NCBI GenBank assembly: GCA_963782525.1
Contig: CAWAKC010000010.1
Location: forward strand, 169,119-233,118
Origin: Candidatus Bathyarchaeota archaeon
Lineage (GTDB): Archaea > Thermoproteota > Bathyarchaeia > Bathyarchaeales > Bathycorpusculaceae
Reading direction: 5' to 3'
Length of the DNA stretch: 64,000 bases
This document shows, piece by piece, positions 40,716-51,436 of this stretch. The stretch's first letter is position 1; each line of letters begins with the position of its first letter. The notes beneath the pieces were generated by a model. That model had not been told where the DNA came from. It saw only the letters and a list, made by a program, of their open reading frames with translations, and did not search any database. The translations under genes were made by a program, and so were the position numbers.

Positions 40716-41981
40716 TTAAAGCGGATAAGTTGGTATGTAGTCGGGCGCGTTTACGTCTTCATCAGTCGACGGCATTTCTTCAAATGGGTCTTTTTCGTAT
40801 GCTCTTCTTAGGAGGAGTGGCGCCAAAATAGTCGTAAACATAATCATTCCCAAAATAGCAGCGTAAGTACTTCGAGTAATGGCTCCTGCAGAGATGGCAA
40901 CTCCCGCCACTATAAGTCCTACTTCTCCTCGCGAAATCATTCCATAACCTACCTTAAGTCCTTTAGAACGGTCTTTCAAAAAGAAGACAGCAGGCAAACC
41001 ACATCCAATCATTTTGCTAATTACTGCCACTATTACAAGCGCTATGAAAAACAGATAGAAGAACCAGTCAGAAGTAATAAAGCTCCTAAGATCAAGCTGA
41101 GCGCCAGCCAAACCAAAGAAAACAGGTGAAAAAATAACGCTGATCTTTTTGGTATAATCGCGTATCTTCTCAATCGTATGAGAACTCGCAACAGCCATAC
41201 CAGCAGCAAAAGCACCTACAATAGGCGATAATCCTAAAACAGCTGCCAACGCAGATGCACCAAAACATGCCGCCGTAGCTGCCGCCTCAGTTGTTGCCTC
41301 GGAACCTTTTGAGAAAAAATCAATTATTTTTGGAAGGATAAAGGCTGCGAAAACTGTCAAAGCAAGCCACAATCCAAGTGACGTAAGAATTACAACAACC
41401 ACGTTTATTGCCGTAATTGGAGTTGAGGTGGAAATGAATGAAACGATTACGCCTAGGATTGCAAGCCCCAACACGTCATCTATAACACCAGCACTGATCA
41501 TCATTTTTGATTCGATGTTTCTGCTTCGGTTAAGTTCCTGCAGCACGAGAGCGGTTATAGAAATACTGGTGGCTACAAGCGCGGCTCCAACCACTAAACC
41601 CGTTATCGTTCCTAATCCAAGAACAAGCGAGAGCCCGTAACCCATAATGAAGGGAATAATGACACCGATCGTTCCAATGACAAAACCAGGTGCGCCGACT
41701 TTTCGGAAATCTCTAAAGGTCATTTCTAAGCCTGCGACAAACAGGATAAGTATGCCGCCTATTTCTCCGAATGCTAGAACTATTTCATTTATTTGAATTA
41801 TCGGCGTTCCATTTATTGCTATTATGGAACCTAAAGCGAAAGGACCGAGAATAATTCCAGCAGCTAACTCGCCTAAAACTGATGGAATTTTTCTCCAAGA
41901 AAAAATCTCGCCAAGCACCTTGGCTGAGAAAACCAAGATGCAAATCGTCACAATCGCTCTCAGCACAGGGTCTAATGCCAT
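40716..41981 (-). CDS. CPA2-family cation/H+ antiporter
   Basis: GELAAGIILGP, LFVAGLE, ATSISIT, AGVIDD, GAFAAG and MISRGEVG. Confidence 0.93.
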   Translation of the reverse strand: MALDPVLRAIVTICILVFSAKVLGEIFSWRKIPSVLGELAAGIILGPFALGSIIAINGTPIIQINEIVLAFGEIGGILILFVAGLEMTFRDFRKVGAPGFVIGTIGVIIPFIMGYGLSLVLGLGTITGLVVGAALVATSISITALVLQELNRSRNIESKMMISAGVIDDVLGLAILGVIVSFISTSTPITAINVVVVILTSLGLWLALTVFAAFILPKIIDFFSKGSEATTEAAATAACFGASALAAVLGLSPIVGAFAAGMAVASSHTIEKIRDYTKKISVIFSPVFFGLAGAQLDLRSFITSDWFFYLFFIALVIVAVISKMIGCGLPAVFFLKDRSKGLKVGYGMISRGEVGLIVAGVAISAGAITRSTYAAILGMIMFTTILAPLLLRRAYEKDPFEEMPSTDEDVNAPDYIPTYPL

Positions 41982-42133
41982 TAACTACACCTATCTAATT
42001 GGAAGGCACAAGGACACTTTCATATTTAAATTTGCTAGCGTGACGTGTTTTTTCTAAATGTTCAAAAACGATCGAAATTGAAAGTGAGCGATGGTTAAGC
42101 GCAATAACTTGGTGGGTTTCGATGGTAAGTAAA

Positions 42134-43390
42134 CTATTGTTCTATCGTTTTGGTTTTTGCTTTAGTGTTTTTGTCTTTGATTTTGCGGTTGGGAATTCTT
42201 GGCAAAGAAGCGTATAATTTTGATGCTCTGGGAATCCTTATTCTTTTTGTTTCATACAATTTCTTTATAATTGGCATAGCTATGAAGGTTGTTAAGATAA
42301 CAGCCATTACAGCTACAGAATACGTTCCTGTCGAAATTAATCCGCTTGTTAATCCAAGGCTTGCAATAATAAGACCCATTTCACCTCTAGGAGTCATGCT
42401 AATGCCTATTTTGAGAGAGTCTTTAGTCGAGAACTTTGTCATGCGTGCAGCTACAAAACTACCAATTATCTTGCCTATGAAAGCCATAGCTGTGATGACC
42501 AATCCTAAGAATGCGGCTTGACCGAATACTCTAAGGTTTACTAGAGTACCTATGGAAATGAAGAATATGGGTACGAAGAACATGTACAGGCTCTTTGTTT
42601 TTTCAAGAACCATCTTAACTTTCACTTGTCTTGTTGATAATGGTAAACCTGCCGCAAACGCCCCAACTATTGCGGACAATCCAATTGCTGCAGAGATGTA
42701 GGCTGCGAAGAAGCCGTATGCTAGCAACAAGAGAATCATGTATTCGTCATCAAGTCTGACTTTGTCGATGGTTCGAACCAGAACCTTTGAGCCTAGTAGA
42801 ACTATTATAACCCAAAATATTACGGCTTTTACAACAACAAGCCCTACATCAAGGCCATTGACTCCACCGGCAGATAAAATGCTTAGAACAACTGATAGAA
42901 GAATTACTGCTACAACATCATCAACAATTCCTGCTCCCAGAATAGTTAACCCGACTGGATTGTTTAGTTTACCCATGTCCTTTAACAATCGAATAGTGAT
43001 GCCAATGCTTGTTGCCGTAAAGACAACGCCAAGGAAAAGTGCTTCATTGTTTGAAATTCCAAAAGCCAGTGCTGTATAGTAGCAGAGGCCTAATGGTATT
43101 ATTGCACCAAGCACACCAACGGAAAGCGAAGGCAAGAGTTGCTTTCTAAGGTCACCCATCTCTGTTTCTAGACCAATATAGAACAACAAAATAATGGCGC
43201 CTAACTCGGCAAAGACGCTTACTGTTGCTTGGTCCGAAATTAAATTAAAAATCGAGGGTCAAAGGATGATTCCGACTAAAAGCTCACCTAAAGCAACGGG
43301 GTAGCCAAACCGTTTTATGAGTAAGCCGCCGACGATGGCAGCAACTAAGAGTATGGATAGTTGGAGGACAAAGGAAGTCGGGTCAGCCAT
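42134..43390 (-). pseudogene. second CPA2 cation/H+ antiporter with an in-frame nonsense codon
   Basis: ATG at 43390; reads GELLVGIIL-TGA(43259-43261)-PSIF and continues in frame into ORF 42134..43189. The paralog has GIILGP, implying GGA changed to TGA. Confidence 0.85.
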
Positions 43391-43445
43391 AAATTTCACT
43401 TGAACTTTTCTTATTAATCTATTTTTTTGATGAAAACGGCCTTGC

Positions 43446-45347
43446 CTACAACAACCTGTATGTTTCCATAGCAGCGGGAACGATTGTCTTGATTCTCCCC
43501 TGCCTGTGTATGAAGTCAGCCATGTTGATCGTCTTTGATTTTTCTCCGTGGCATACAAAGATCCTTTCTGGCTTAGGTGTGAATTGAGACAGATAGTTAA
43601 TCAGTTGTCGTCTGTCAGAGTGCCCTGAAAAGCCGACTATGGTTTCGGTGCGAAGTTTCGTTTGAACTGCTGCCATTCTGCCTTGATTATCCATCATAGT
43701 AACTTCGCTTATGCCCTTTTGCACTCTTCGACCCATGGTGCCTTCAATTTGGTAACTGACGAAAATTATCGTGTTCTTAGGATTATCCGCCCAATTTTTA
43801 AAGTACTCAATCACGGGACCGCCTTCGAGCATTCCGGACGTAGCTAAAACGACGCATGGTTCACCCTCAATTATGCTTTGTCTAAGATCGGGATGCTTAA
43901 CTATCGTAAAGTAATCTGACTGGAACGGGTTGGCTTCTTGGTGGAGGATATTGTGTCGAACTTCTCTGCTTAAGTATTCGGGGTAGGCTGTGTGGATGGC
44001 TGTGGCCTCGCTAATCATGCCTTCGAGGAATACTGGCGCTTCTTTCATAACTTTTCTTTTCATGTAATCGTTGATAATTAGCATTATTTCTTGTGCTCTT
44101 CCAACTGCTGGCACCGGGATCAAAACTTTTCCCTTATTTTCCAAGGTTTCATTTATTATTCGTGCCAAGAGTTGTTCTGATTCGGCTCTAGAAGGCATGA
44201 CATCATCTGGTCCACCATAGGTGCTTTCAGTAATTATGGTTTCAACGCGCGGAAACTGGGTTGCGGCTGCTTCTAGTAACATAGATTGCCCAAATTTGTA
44301 GTCTCCAGTGTAAACTAAATTATGTAAGCCTTCACCTATGTGAAGATGTACAATAGCTGAGCCAAGGATGTGGCCAGCGTTGTGAAGGGTCAAACGAATA
44401 TCTGGAGCTATGTCAGTAACGACGCCGTAACGTAATGGAATGGTGTGCAAAACAGTTTCTCGAATGTCTTTTTGATCGTAGTGTGGGGTTATTCCCTGTT
44501 TGCTTGCAACATCAAGGTAGTCAAGCTGAAGCATGGTCATTAGATTGGAAGTGGGCGCTGAGCAGTAGACTGGGCCGTCATAGCCATATTTGAATAGGAA
44601 TGGTACTAAGCCACAATGGTCAAGGTGCGAGTGGCTTATGACCACTGCATCTAGAGAATCTATTTGGAATTGTGGGGAATCGAAACGTGGAAATGCGTCA
44701 AATGGCTTTTGTGAACCCGGATTTATGCCGCAGTCCAGTAAAACGCTGCTTTCTCTTGTTTTTAGAAGCCAAGCTGAACGGCCTACTTCTTGGGTTCCGC
44801 CAAGTACAGTTATAGCAACGTCTCCAACTTCAAAGGCGAGGGGTCTGAAAATTCTCTCGCCGACAGCGCGAAGTATTCTTTCTCTTTCTTTGCTTTCTGA
44901 ATTAAGATAATGTCGTATTTGAGCGATTGTTTTTGAGCGTATAGGCGGGCTTCTCACAACGTTAGGTCGCCATTTAGTTTTGCATATGATTTCTTGAAGG
45001 CCTGCGCCATTTTTTCCTATTGCCAAGCCGGGCTTTTTTGCTTCAATAATTATTTCGCCAAGAGTAGGATCAAACGCAATATCAGTTATTTCTGCCTCAA
45101 CTGTAATGATTCGTCGTGTTATTTTTTCTGCTTCTGCTTCTGAGAGTCTAACTGACGGGTCGGAACGAATTACTATTCTTTTTCGTATGGTGCCTACAAT
45201 TTCTGCAACAACGCTGCTTTGCTCAGCTAGAATTTCAGGTTTCTTTGTGTAAATAGAAAGCATGGGGCCTTCGTATTCGATTCTAGTTACTTCTGTTTCC
45301 TTTGGTATTTTTTCCAGAATATATTGGGTAATTTCTGCTTTATTCAT
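43446..45347 (-). CDS. fttA: beta-CASP ribonuclease aCPSF1 (KH-MBL-beta-CASP; termination factor FttA)
   Basis: N-terminal KH domains (IEYEGP, KKPGLAIGK), VGRS, HSHLDH, AGHILG, ESTYG and GFSGHSD. Confidence 0.93.
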   Translation of the reverse strand: MNKAEITQYILEKIPKETEVTRIEYEGPMLSIYTKKPEILAEQSSVVAEIVGTIRKRIVIRSDPSVRLSEAEAEKITRRIITVEAEITDIAFDPTLGEIIIEAKKPGLAIGKNGAGLQEIICKTKWRPNVVRSPPIRSKTIAQIRHYLNSESKERERILRAVGERIFRPLAFEVGDVAITVLGGTQEVGRSAWLLKTRESSVLLDCGINPGSQKPFDAFPRFDSPQFQIDSLDAVVISHSHLDHCGLVPFLFKYGYDGPVYCSAPTSNLMTMLQLDYLDVASKQGITPHYDQKDIRETVLHTIPLRYGVVTDIAPDIRLTLHNAGHILGSAIVHLHIGEGLHNLVYTGDYKFGQSMLLEAAATQFPRVETIITESTYGGPDDVMPSRAESEQLLARIINETLENKGKVLIPVPAVGRAQEIMLIINDYMKRKVMKEAPVFLEGMISEATAIHTAYPEYLSREVRHNILHQEANPFQSDYFTIVKHPDLRQSIIEGEPCVVLATSGMLEGGPVIEYFKNWADNPKNTIIFVSYQIEGTMGRRVQKGISEVTMMDNQGRMAAVQTKLRTETIVGFSGHSDRRQLINYLSQFTPKPERIFVCHGEKSKTINMADFIHRQGRIKTIVPAAMETYRLL

Positions 45348-45869
45348 AATAACTTTTCTCCTTTAAGCAGCAGAGCGATTGCGTTTTTTGTATTCCAAAA
45401 AGTCGCAAAAATTCTTGCTGCCATTTACTTTAATATTGTAATTTTGTCGTTGTTTGTGCAAAACAAAAGCTATGAGCGAACTGAACCATGTTATAACTGA
45501 ATTATTTTTCCTCAAACTTGACAAGCCCAAAGAAAATCCTTGAGTTATAAGGTTTTCAGGATTTCCTGTATGAGTTTGGGCAAGTCGGTTACTTGCGCGG
45601 TAGTTTAGGGGTGCTCGCGCCTCTGAGGTAGACGGGGTCAGGTCTATGTAAACGAGGCCGATGGAGTTATTCTCATCTAATAGTATTGAGTTAGCAAAAA
45701 CATTGAATAACAATTTTTGACCCCTAAAATATTCTGAAATTTAGCTATGCACAGGTCACGAATGGTTAATAATAATCATTAATTAATGTTATGCTTTAAT
45801 ATTCATAAATTTTTACTTTACTTCTAGTTCCATTAGGTTGTGCACGAAACTGGAAAATAGAGAATGGTG

Positions 45870-46601
45870 TTATTTTGTTACTTTTCTTGGCTTCAAACGT
45901 GTGTAGTAGTATTCGCCGATTTCTTTTTGCATAAGATCTATTCTTGAGCATTCTTTGTTTACACGGGGTCTTCTTGTGGTGGGATCTCGGCGGAATGTCA
46001 CTCCCATATCCTTTAGGAAAATGTTCATGCCTTTTCTTAAGCTAACAGGCGCGTTAGCTGTGCCCTTTATTCCTGCTTCACCTTTAAACACCATTAGCTT
46101 ATCTGCAATAAAGTCCTGCGTTACTACGTCATGTTCAACTACAAACGCAGTTATTCCCAACATCTCGGTTACTCGCCGAAGAATTTTAGCCACATTTAAC
46201 CGCTCTTCTACATCTAAATATACACTTGGCTCATCGAGCAAAAACAAATCTGCCTTTCTAGATAGGCATGCCGCAATAGCAACTTTTTGCAGTTCTCCGC
46301 CGCTCAACTCTATAACATTTCTATCCATAAGCAGACTCATGCGCAGAGGGGTTTTCTCCGAAGCATGGCTGCAGTCTTTTTCTAGTTCGTCTGGCAAGTT
46401 TATGATGGTGATTGCTTGGAAGGGGCATTTTTTGACGCATATACCACATCCAGCACACAGGGCTTCAGAGATTATGGCTTTCTTTTGTTCTATGCGGATA
46501 GCTTCAATTTTGCTTCTTACTTTTGGGCAGTACCGAACGCACATTTCTTGACATTTTTCTGATTTGCATTTGTTAGCGTCTAGCGTAGCAACACGTGTCA
46601 T
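45870..46601 (-). pseudogene. internally deleted ABCE1/RLI ribosome-recycling ATPase
   Basis: Fe-S domain (CKSEKC...CP, CAGCGICVKKCP) joined at ~46350 directly to the NBD2 tail (LSGGELQ, LLDEPS, VVEHD, TFRRD, RPRVNK). No Walker A; 243 aa versus roughly 600 for the full protein. Confidence 0.85.
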
Positions 46602-46771
46602 GATTAAAAACCGACAACTACTTCAGTTTGTGATTTATTAATTTAACTGATAAAAGAAGTTAATACCTGCTTCAAGACCTAAAAATTTTGCAAGTTGATT
46701 GTGCTCTCATTAAAATTAGGGGGATTTGAACCAAAAACGGTTTGGGTATCTATGGTTCCAACAAGAAATTG

Positions 46772-46792
46772 TGGTGAGGCCGCTGGGATTTG
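46772..46792 (-). other. tRNA 3'-end fragment, candidate provirus att site
   Basis: Reverse complement caaatcccagcggcctcacca = T-loop end, T-stem, acceptor 3' strand, discriminator A and CCA; the 5' part of the tRNA is absent. Confidence 0.7.
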
Positions 46793-47228
46793 TTCCTCCC
46801 TCCGCCACAGGTTATCAGACAAAAATAGTTTCTTCGCGGCTACTCTCTCTTTTTTCTTTCTTTTGGAGGCTTCTAATTGAAAGATCAGTCGTTGAATATT
46901 ATTTATCGCCGAGACGAGAACGGCCAGCTTTATGTTTTCATCTACCGGGGGCAATTGCACGTCGGTACTGTTGAAGTCAACTCGTTTAATTGCATGAAGG
47001 TTTTTCGAGGAATAGAGAACCCTTCACCTGTCTTGGTGCAGTATTTGCCCGTGGAGCCAACCTAAAATGGTTGCGCTTTCCAGAGAAGTTTTTGAGTGTT
47101 TAGATTGCGCCTTTTGGTGTGCGCCGCTGCTCAGACCCAACTCAGCAAGGCAGAGGGCATGTTAACCACGTTGCGTCTTCTGCAGCATGTGAAAGATTCT
47201 CATTGAAAGCGAACGGAGACTAATTTTT

Positions 47229-48176
47229 TTGGATAAGCAATTAGTTGATAGAAGTCAAAATATTTCGCTTTCAAAGTCCAAAGTCAAATTTGACTTCTCT
47301 ACCGTTCGCTCTCGAGTTCTTCCTATCCTCAAGGGCATTGAGGTGAAGATGTATCCTGCCAAGATTGGACGTGTACGTGGATGGAGCAAGCAGCATGTCG
47401 ATTATTACGTAAAGAAGTTGGAAAAGGCAGGTTTAATCCACAGACTTAAGCGCAGCAACTTTGTTGATTATGAGTTGACTGAGCAAGGTCAAAACTTTCT
47501 CATATCATGTGAGGGAGTACTTTTCAGCAGCGGCGTCTTTCGTCTTCATCGATGTTTTTTCAAGTTCCCAGTTTTGCGGGAGGGCGTTTATCCATCGGGG
47601 GATTTTAAGCGAATTGAGATGCAGAATTGGACTGCTCTTTTGGGTTTAGAGCAAGGTGTCAAAGTTAGGCATACGACAACTTCTTGGATTGTCCATGTGG
47701 AAACCTTGTATGGTCGCAGTCCCGGAGAGTTGGTGACGACTGCTAAAACCTTGGCTGACCGAGTCGCTAAGGGTTTGATGAGCAAGTATGGCTGCGTTTT
47801 AGGCGATGGCAAAATTAATAAACGCCATGAGTTAGGCGTTGATGATCCTGTCGCTAATCTGCTCAACCGCTATTTCACTGTGAGCACTCCCAAACGAGTA
47901 ATCGATGATAGTCCAGGAGAAGATGAGGGTGAGCTTGATCACCTTGGTCGCGATGCTGCAGTCGAGTACTTGCTGATGCCTGAGCGAGTGAAAAAGCTTG
48001 AGGGTCAAGTGGACAATGTCTTAACTGATTTAGCAAAGATTTCAGGCAGCCTTGAGAAACTAGAAAAAATAGGTTACAACCTATCCAAAGTTGCCGAAGC
48101 CCTGGGCAAGCTGACAGATTTTCAAACTAACCAAGAATTACCGACTGGTCCTGGAGGCAAAGAATACATTGCTTAA
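47229..48176 (+). CDS. wHTH-domain element protein (candidate replication or regulatory protein)
   Basis: MYPAKIGR..GWSKQHVDYYVKKLEKAGLI...YELTEQG wHTH; conserved-looking RLH, HELG and IDDSPG..GELD motifs; C-terminal coiled coil. Confidence 0.65.
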   Translation: MDKQLVDRSQNISLSKSKVKFDFSTVRSRVLPILKGIEVKMYPAKIGRVRGWSKQHVDYYVKKLEKAGLIHRLKRSNFVDYELTEQGQNFLISCEGVLFSSGVFRLHRCFFKFPVLREGVYPSGDFKRIEMQNWTALLGLEQGVKVRHTTTSWIVHVETLYGRSPGELVTTAKTLADRVAKGLMSKYGCVLGDGKINKRHELGVDDPVANLLNRYFTVSTPKRVIDDSPGEDEGELDHLGRDAAVEYLLMPERVKKLEGQVDNVLTDLAKISGSLEKLEKIGYNLSKVAEALGKLTDFQTNQELPTGPGGKEYIA

Positions 48177-48477
48177 CTTAGCCTTAAGGCAAGAAATTAG
48201 TTCTCTTAAAGGAAAAACCTGCAAACGGATCATAAAGGCAGCCTCACTAAATGACACGTGGAGTATGAAACGCTACTCCGCAATCAATAGTTATCTGGCT
48301 GATTTGAATGGGAGCGGTGTTTAATGTCTGTAAAAATGTGTTCAAAAGCACTTTTGGCAGTTGCTTTAGGGCATGGGAAAAGTCCATGCTTTTTACAAGT
48401 AGCTCTTCTGCAGTTAGTTGGTCCTGATTACCCACAGCTAATTTTGCTCTGTGTTAATGGAGAAGAATTCTTAGAGT

Positions 48478-48984
48478 GTGCATTTTGATATGGAAGAGTC
48501 CGAAAAACCTGTTCAAACCCAGAAAAAGAAGCGCAGCCAGAGCGATAAGATAGGTCGATTGAAGTATAACCAGCAGCTCCTCAAACAGACACTTTCAGAA
48601 ATTGAAGAAATCAAGTTGATGCTGCGAACCATTCTTGCTGGTCTTAAGGGATCATTTAATTTTAGTCAGTCATTAATCGAGCAAACCGCGTGTTTTGATG
48701 AAGTTGACAAAGAAATTTTACGTTTGCTCTTTGAAGTCGGTTATTCAGGTATATTACCAAAAGACATAGCAGATAAACTTGAAAGATTCAAAATTACCCG
48801 ACACCACGTAAGTCGTCGACTAATTCGAATGAACAAAAGGTTGAGTAAGGAGATTGGTGAGGATGCAGCTGAGCAGCGAGGTTGGCATTGGGCTATGACA
48901 AGTTTCGCACTAGGCGCTTATGGCGCAACTGAAGAGGACCTGCAAATTAATTCCGCTTTATCTGGAGAGGAGACTAAAGAATAA
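48478..48984 (+). CDS. wHTH DNA-binding protein
   Basis: DEVDKEILRLL..GILPKDIA....ITRHHVSRRL..MN...RGWHWAMT. Confidence 0.7.
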   Translation: MHFDMEESEKPVQTQKKKRSQSDKIGRLKYNQQLLKQTLSEIEEIKLMLRTILAGLKGSFNFSQSLIEQTACFDEVDKEILRLLFEVGYSGILPKDIADKLERFKITRHHVSRRLIRMNKRLSKEIGEDAAEQRGWHWAMTSFALGAYGATEEDLQINSALSGEETKE

Positions 48985-49000
48985 GTGCTAAATAATTTGC

Positions 49001-49462
49001 TTAATTTGAAATAAAATAAAACTTGAACAAATTAACCGTGTCAAAGCTCGCGTTGTCCATCTCGTAAAGTTTAGCAAGACTCATTCGTCTGTTTTCCATT
49101 TTCATTGCCACCAACGGAAGCAACAGGTGTCTGGTTTCCTCACTTTTATGTGGAATAATAATCCACAAACGTTCAAATTCTGTTAAAACCAAACGCCTCT
49201 TGGCTTTTTTGCTGATTGCCGCCTGTGCAGAGGTACCAGCAATTAAAAGAGCTGTTAAGGAAATGCCCAACGGCAACCATTGAAGAATGGGAAGCGCAAA
49301 AATGAATCCTACCACCAAGATGGTTGATACTCCCAACATTAAAAACATCGGTGGTAATGTCTTGTCAGCCATAATTTCATCCTTTCGAGTTGGAAATCGG
49401 AAATTCGTATCAATGAAATTTGTCAATTCCTGCGTTATTTCCTTGTATGCCATGCGGGACAC
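49001..49462 (-). CDS. 2-TM membrane protein
   Basis: Two consecutive hydrophobic helices. Confidence 0.6.
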   Translation of the reverse strand: MSRMAYKEITQELTNFIDTNFRFPTRKDEIMADKTLPPMFLMLGVSTILVVGFIFALPILQWLPLGISLTALLIAGTSAQAAISKKAKRRLVLTEFERLWIIIPHKSEETRHLLLPLVAMKMENRRMSLAKLYEMDNASFDTVNLFKFYFISN

Positions 49463-49607
49463 CTTAGTTTAGTATAGTCTCAATTTTCTTTTTAAGATTT
49501 TTTGCCAAATTCCAATAGACTTGCTTAAAAAAACATCGAATTAGTGATAATAAGACAAAGCTTATCAAGAGAAGCAACCTGAAAAGAACTTCGGAGATAC
49601 AAGTAAC

Positions 49608-50021
49608 GTGTACGGTGCCCATTACTCAGATAAACCTCCCAAAGTGAGCGGAGATGATTGGGAAGAACAAACTCTTCAACTTCTCAAACAAGTCTTTCCG
49701 ACCGAAAAAATTGAAAGCCAAGTAAGGTTTCCTGAACTGCCAAGGGCAATAGTTGATTTTTATATCCCCAGATTCAAGGTGGTCATTGAGTGTAAGGCAT
49801 GCGGTTTAACGCCTGTCCAAGATAAGGTCCTGATAAATCACAAAAATCGACAGGATACTTTGAAGTCTCTTGGAATAACCTACATTTGGTGGGTTGACAG
49901 AGAAAGGGCAAGTTTGGTTCCCCGAACTCGAAAATATCTTGAAAATGCGTTTTACAATTGTCTTGGCGAACGGACTAAATTAATAGACTTATTAACTAGC
50001 CTCAAACAGGGTTCTAAATGA
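49608..50021 (+). CDS. small PD-(D/E)xK (Vsr/DUF559-like) endonuclease
   Basis: WEEQ...ESQVRF...IVDFYIP...VIECK. Confidence 0.7.
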   Translation: MYGAHYSDKPPKVSGDDWEEQTLQLLKQVFPTEKIESQVRFPELPRAIVDFYIPRFKVVIECKACGLTPVQDKVLINHKNRQDTLKSLGITYIWWVDRERASLVPRTRKYLENAFYNCLGERTKLIDLLTSLKQGSK

Positions 50022-50143
50022 ATTAGAATCACATAATTGAGTTGAAACATTGATCGAAGAAGAACCATATGATCCATTCGGGAATGACGACAACGAAGAG
50101 GATAACCCAGAAAATGAACCTTAGAACATAGGAGAGATAAAAA

Positions 50144-51358
50144 ATGAGCAACGACCTTAGAGGAGAGCAATTAGTATATGGCGATTTTTCTCGCTTAATG
50201 AATCTTCATGTATCTGGTGATATGGAACAAATTTCACATACATACAGAACACTGAGAAACTTGGACAAGTCATTATACATCGGTTTTGTAACGTATGTTC
50301 TTACACGGGCTGGATACTGCAATAAAACCATTTGCGAAAAGTGGCAGATAAGTGCAAAAATGTACGACCTGGAATTTGAAGGATGCTCTTCCTGCATCAT
50401 TAATCCCCAACTTGCTAGAGCAGGAAAGGTAAGCTGGTCAAATTTGATTGATGTTTCTTTTGCTTGGGCTGAAGAAGTTAATGAACTATGGGCAAAATTT
50501 GGCGAAATAGACAAGGTAATTTATGACCTATTGAGCGTAATGGGGACATGGAGTCACTATTACGAAAACCCTGATACCAAAAAACGGATTAAAGTAATTT
50601 TTACAGAAGATCTTCCACTTGAGCAAATGAAAGATATTAAGAATTTGAAGAAATGGGCTCCTGTATTAGCTATTGACCCTTCTTGCTCAAATCTGATTTT
50701 AGTCAGACCATCGGTTTTCAAGGAAGCCAGAAGAAAAAATGAAACAATATTGAAAGATCTTTGTAAACTATTGCAAGATGAAAACGTAACTCTTTTGTCC
50801 ATTGACGAGTTTTTTGATAAGTTTGTTTCCAGAGCTGAAAAAGAAAGCGAAGTAAAAAATTGGCTTGCCATCAAAGCTGAAAATTTGGAAAACCTCTTGG
50901 TACACAACCCGATTTTGATTATTGCTTTGGAATCAAAAAAATTAAATGAAGTTGAGCGTTACCTCAAAACAGCAAGGCAAGAGTACGAAAATGCCAAGGA
51001 TGACTTGGATTATGAGCATTCTGTTCGCGATGCAACCAAGGCATGTGAAGCTATTCTTCAAATACTCTATCACAAGCACTTCGGAAAAAAGGATGCAAAT
51101 TTGACCTGGGAACCCTTGCAAAATCAACTTCAAGACATGATAAAGAATGAATTCGGTGAAATGGTATACATCGATCTTAAATTCTTACAAATATGGAGAA
51201 ATTATGAGAGTCATCCGAATCCAGTAATTCCCACTAAGCAAATAGTCTTTCAGATTCTTAAGAGAAGCGAGTCTTTCTATGAGTCCGTAAAGACAACTTT
51301 GAGCGAGTTTGATTTCTCGAGACTTTGGTTGAATGAAAAATCTATTGGTAAGAGTTAA
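50144..51358 (+). CDS. protein with C-terminal HEPN RNase-like domain
   Basis: YL..A......DY..SV....KACEAILQ and RNYESH (R-x4-H); GGAG upstream. Confidence 0.72.
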   Translation: MSNDLRGEQLVYGDFSRLMNLHVSGDMEQISHTYRTLRNLDKSLYIGFVTYVLTRAGYCNKTICEKWQISAKMYDLEFEGCSSCIINPQLARAGKVSWSNLIDVSFAWAEEVNELWAKFGEIDKVIYDLLSVMGTWSHYYENPDTKKRIKVIFTEDLPLEQMKDIKNLKKWAPVLAIDPSCSNLILVRPSVFKEARRKNETILKDLCKLLQDENVTLLSIDEFFDKFVSRAEKESEVKNWLAIKAENLENLLVHNPILIIALESKKLNEVERYLKTARQEYENAKDDLDYEHSVRDATKACEAILQILYHKHFGKKDANLTWEPLQNQLQDMIKNEFGEMVYIDLKFLQIWRNYESHPNPVIPTKQIVFQILKRSESFYESVKTTLSEFDFSRLWLNEKSIGKS

Positions 51359-51436
51359 GCAAAATTGCACCAAGTATGGACTTGATTGCCGATTTTTATT
51401 TAAGACTACAATTTAGAATATAAGTTGGAGATAAAA

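Noticed and set aside
7526-43261. In-frame TGA codons at 7526, 20938 and 43259 as evidence of UGA recoding (Gly, Trp or Sec)
   Set aside because: TGA ends many apparently complete genes here (23459, 24738, 59975, 61782), the long conserved genes have no internal TGA, and the STAND gene also carries a frameshift. Nonsense mutation or sequencing error is simpler.
46721-46732. gggatttgaacc T-arm-like word just left of the att candidate (also tggcgcgggaggggga near 35793)
   Set aside because: Too short and lacking a matching acceptor stem plus T-arm; may be older att scars but cannot be supported.
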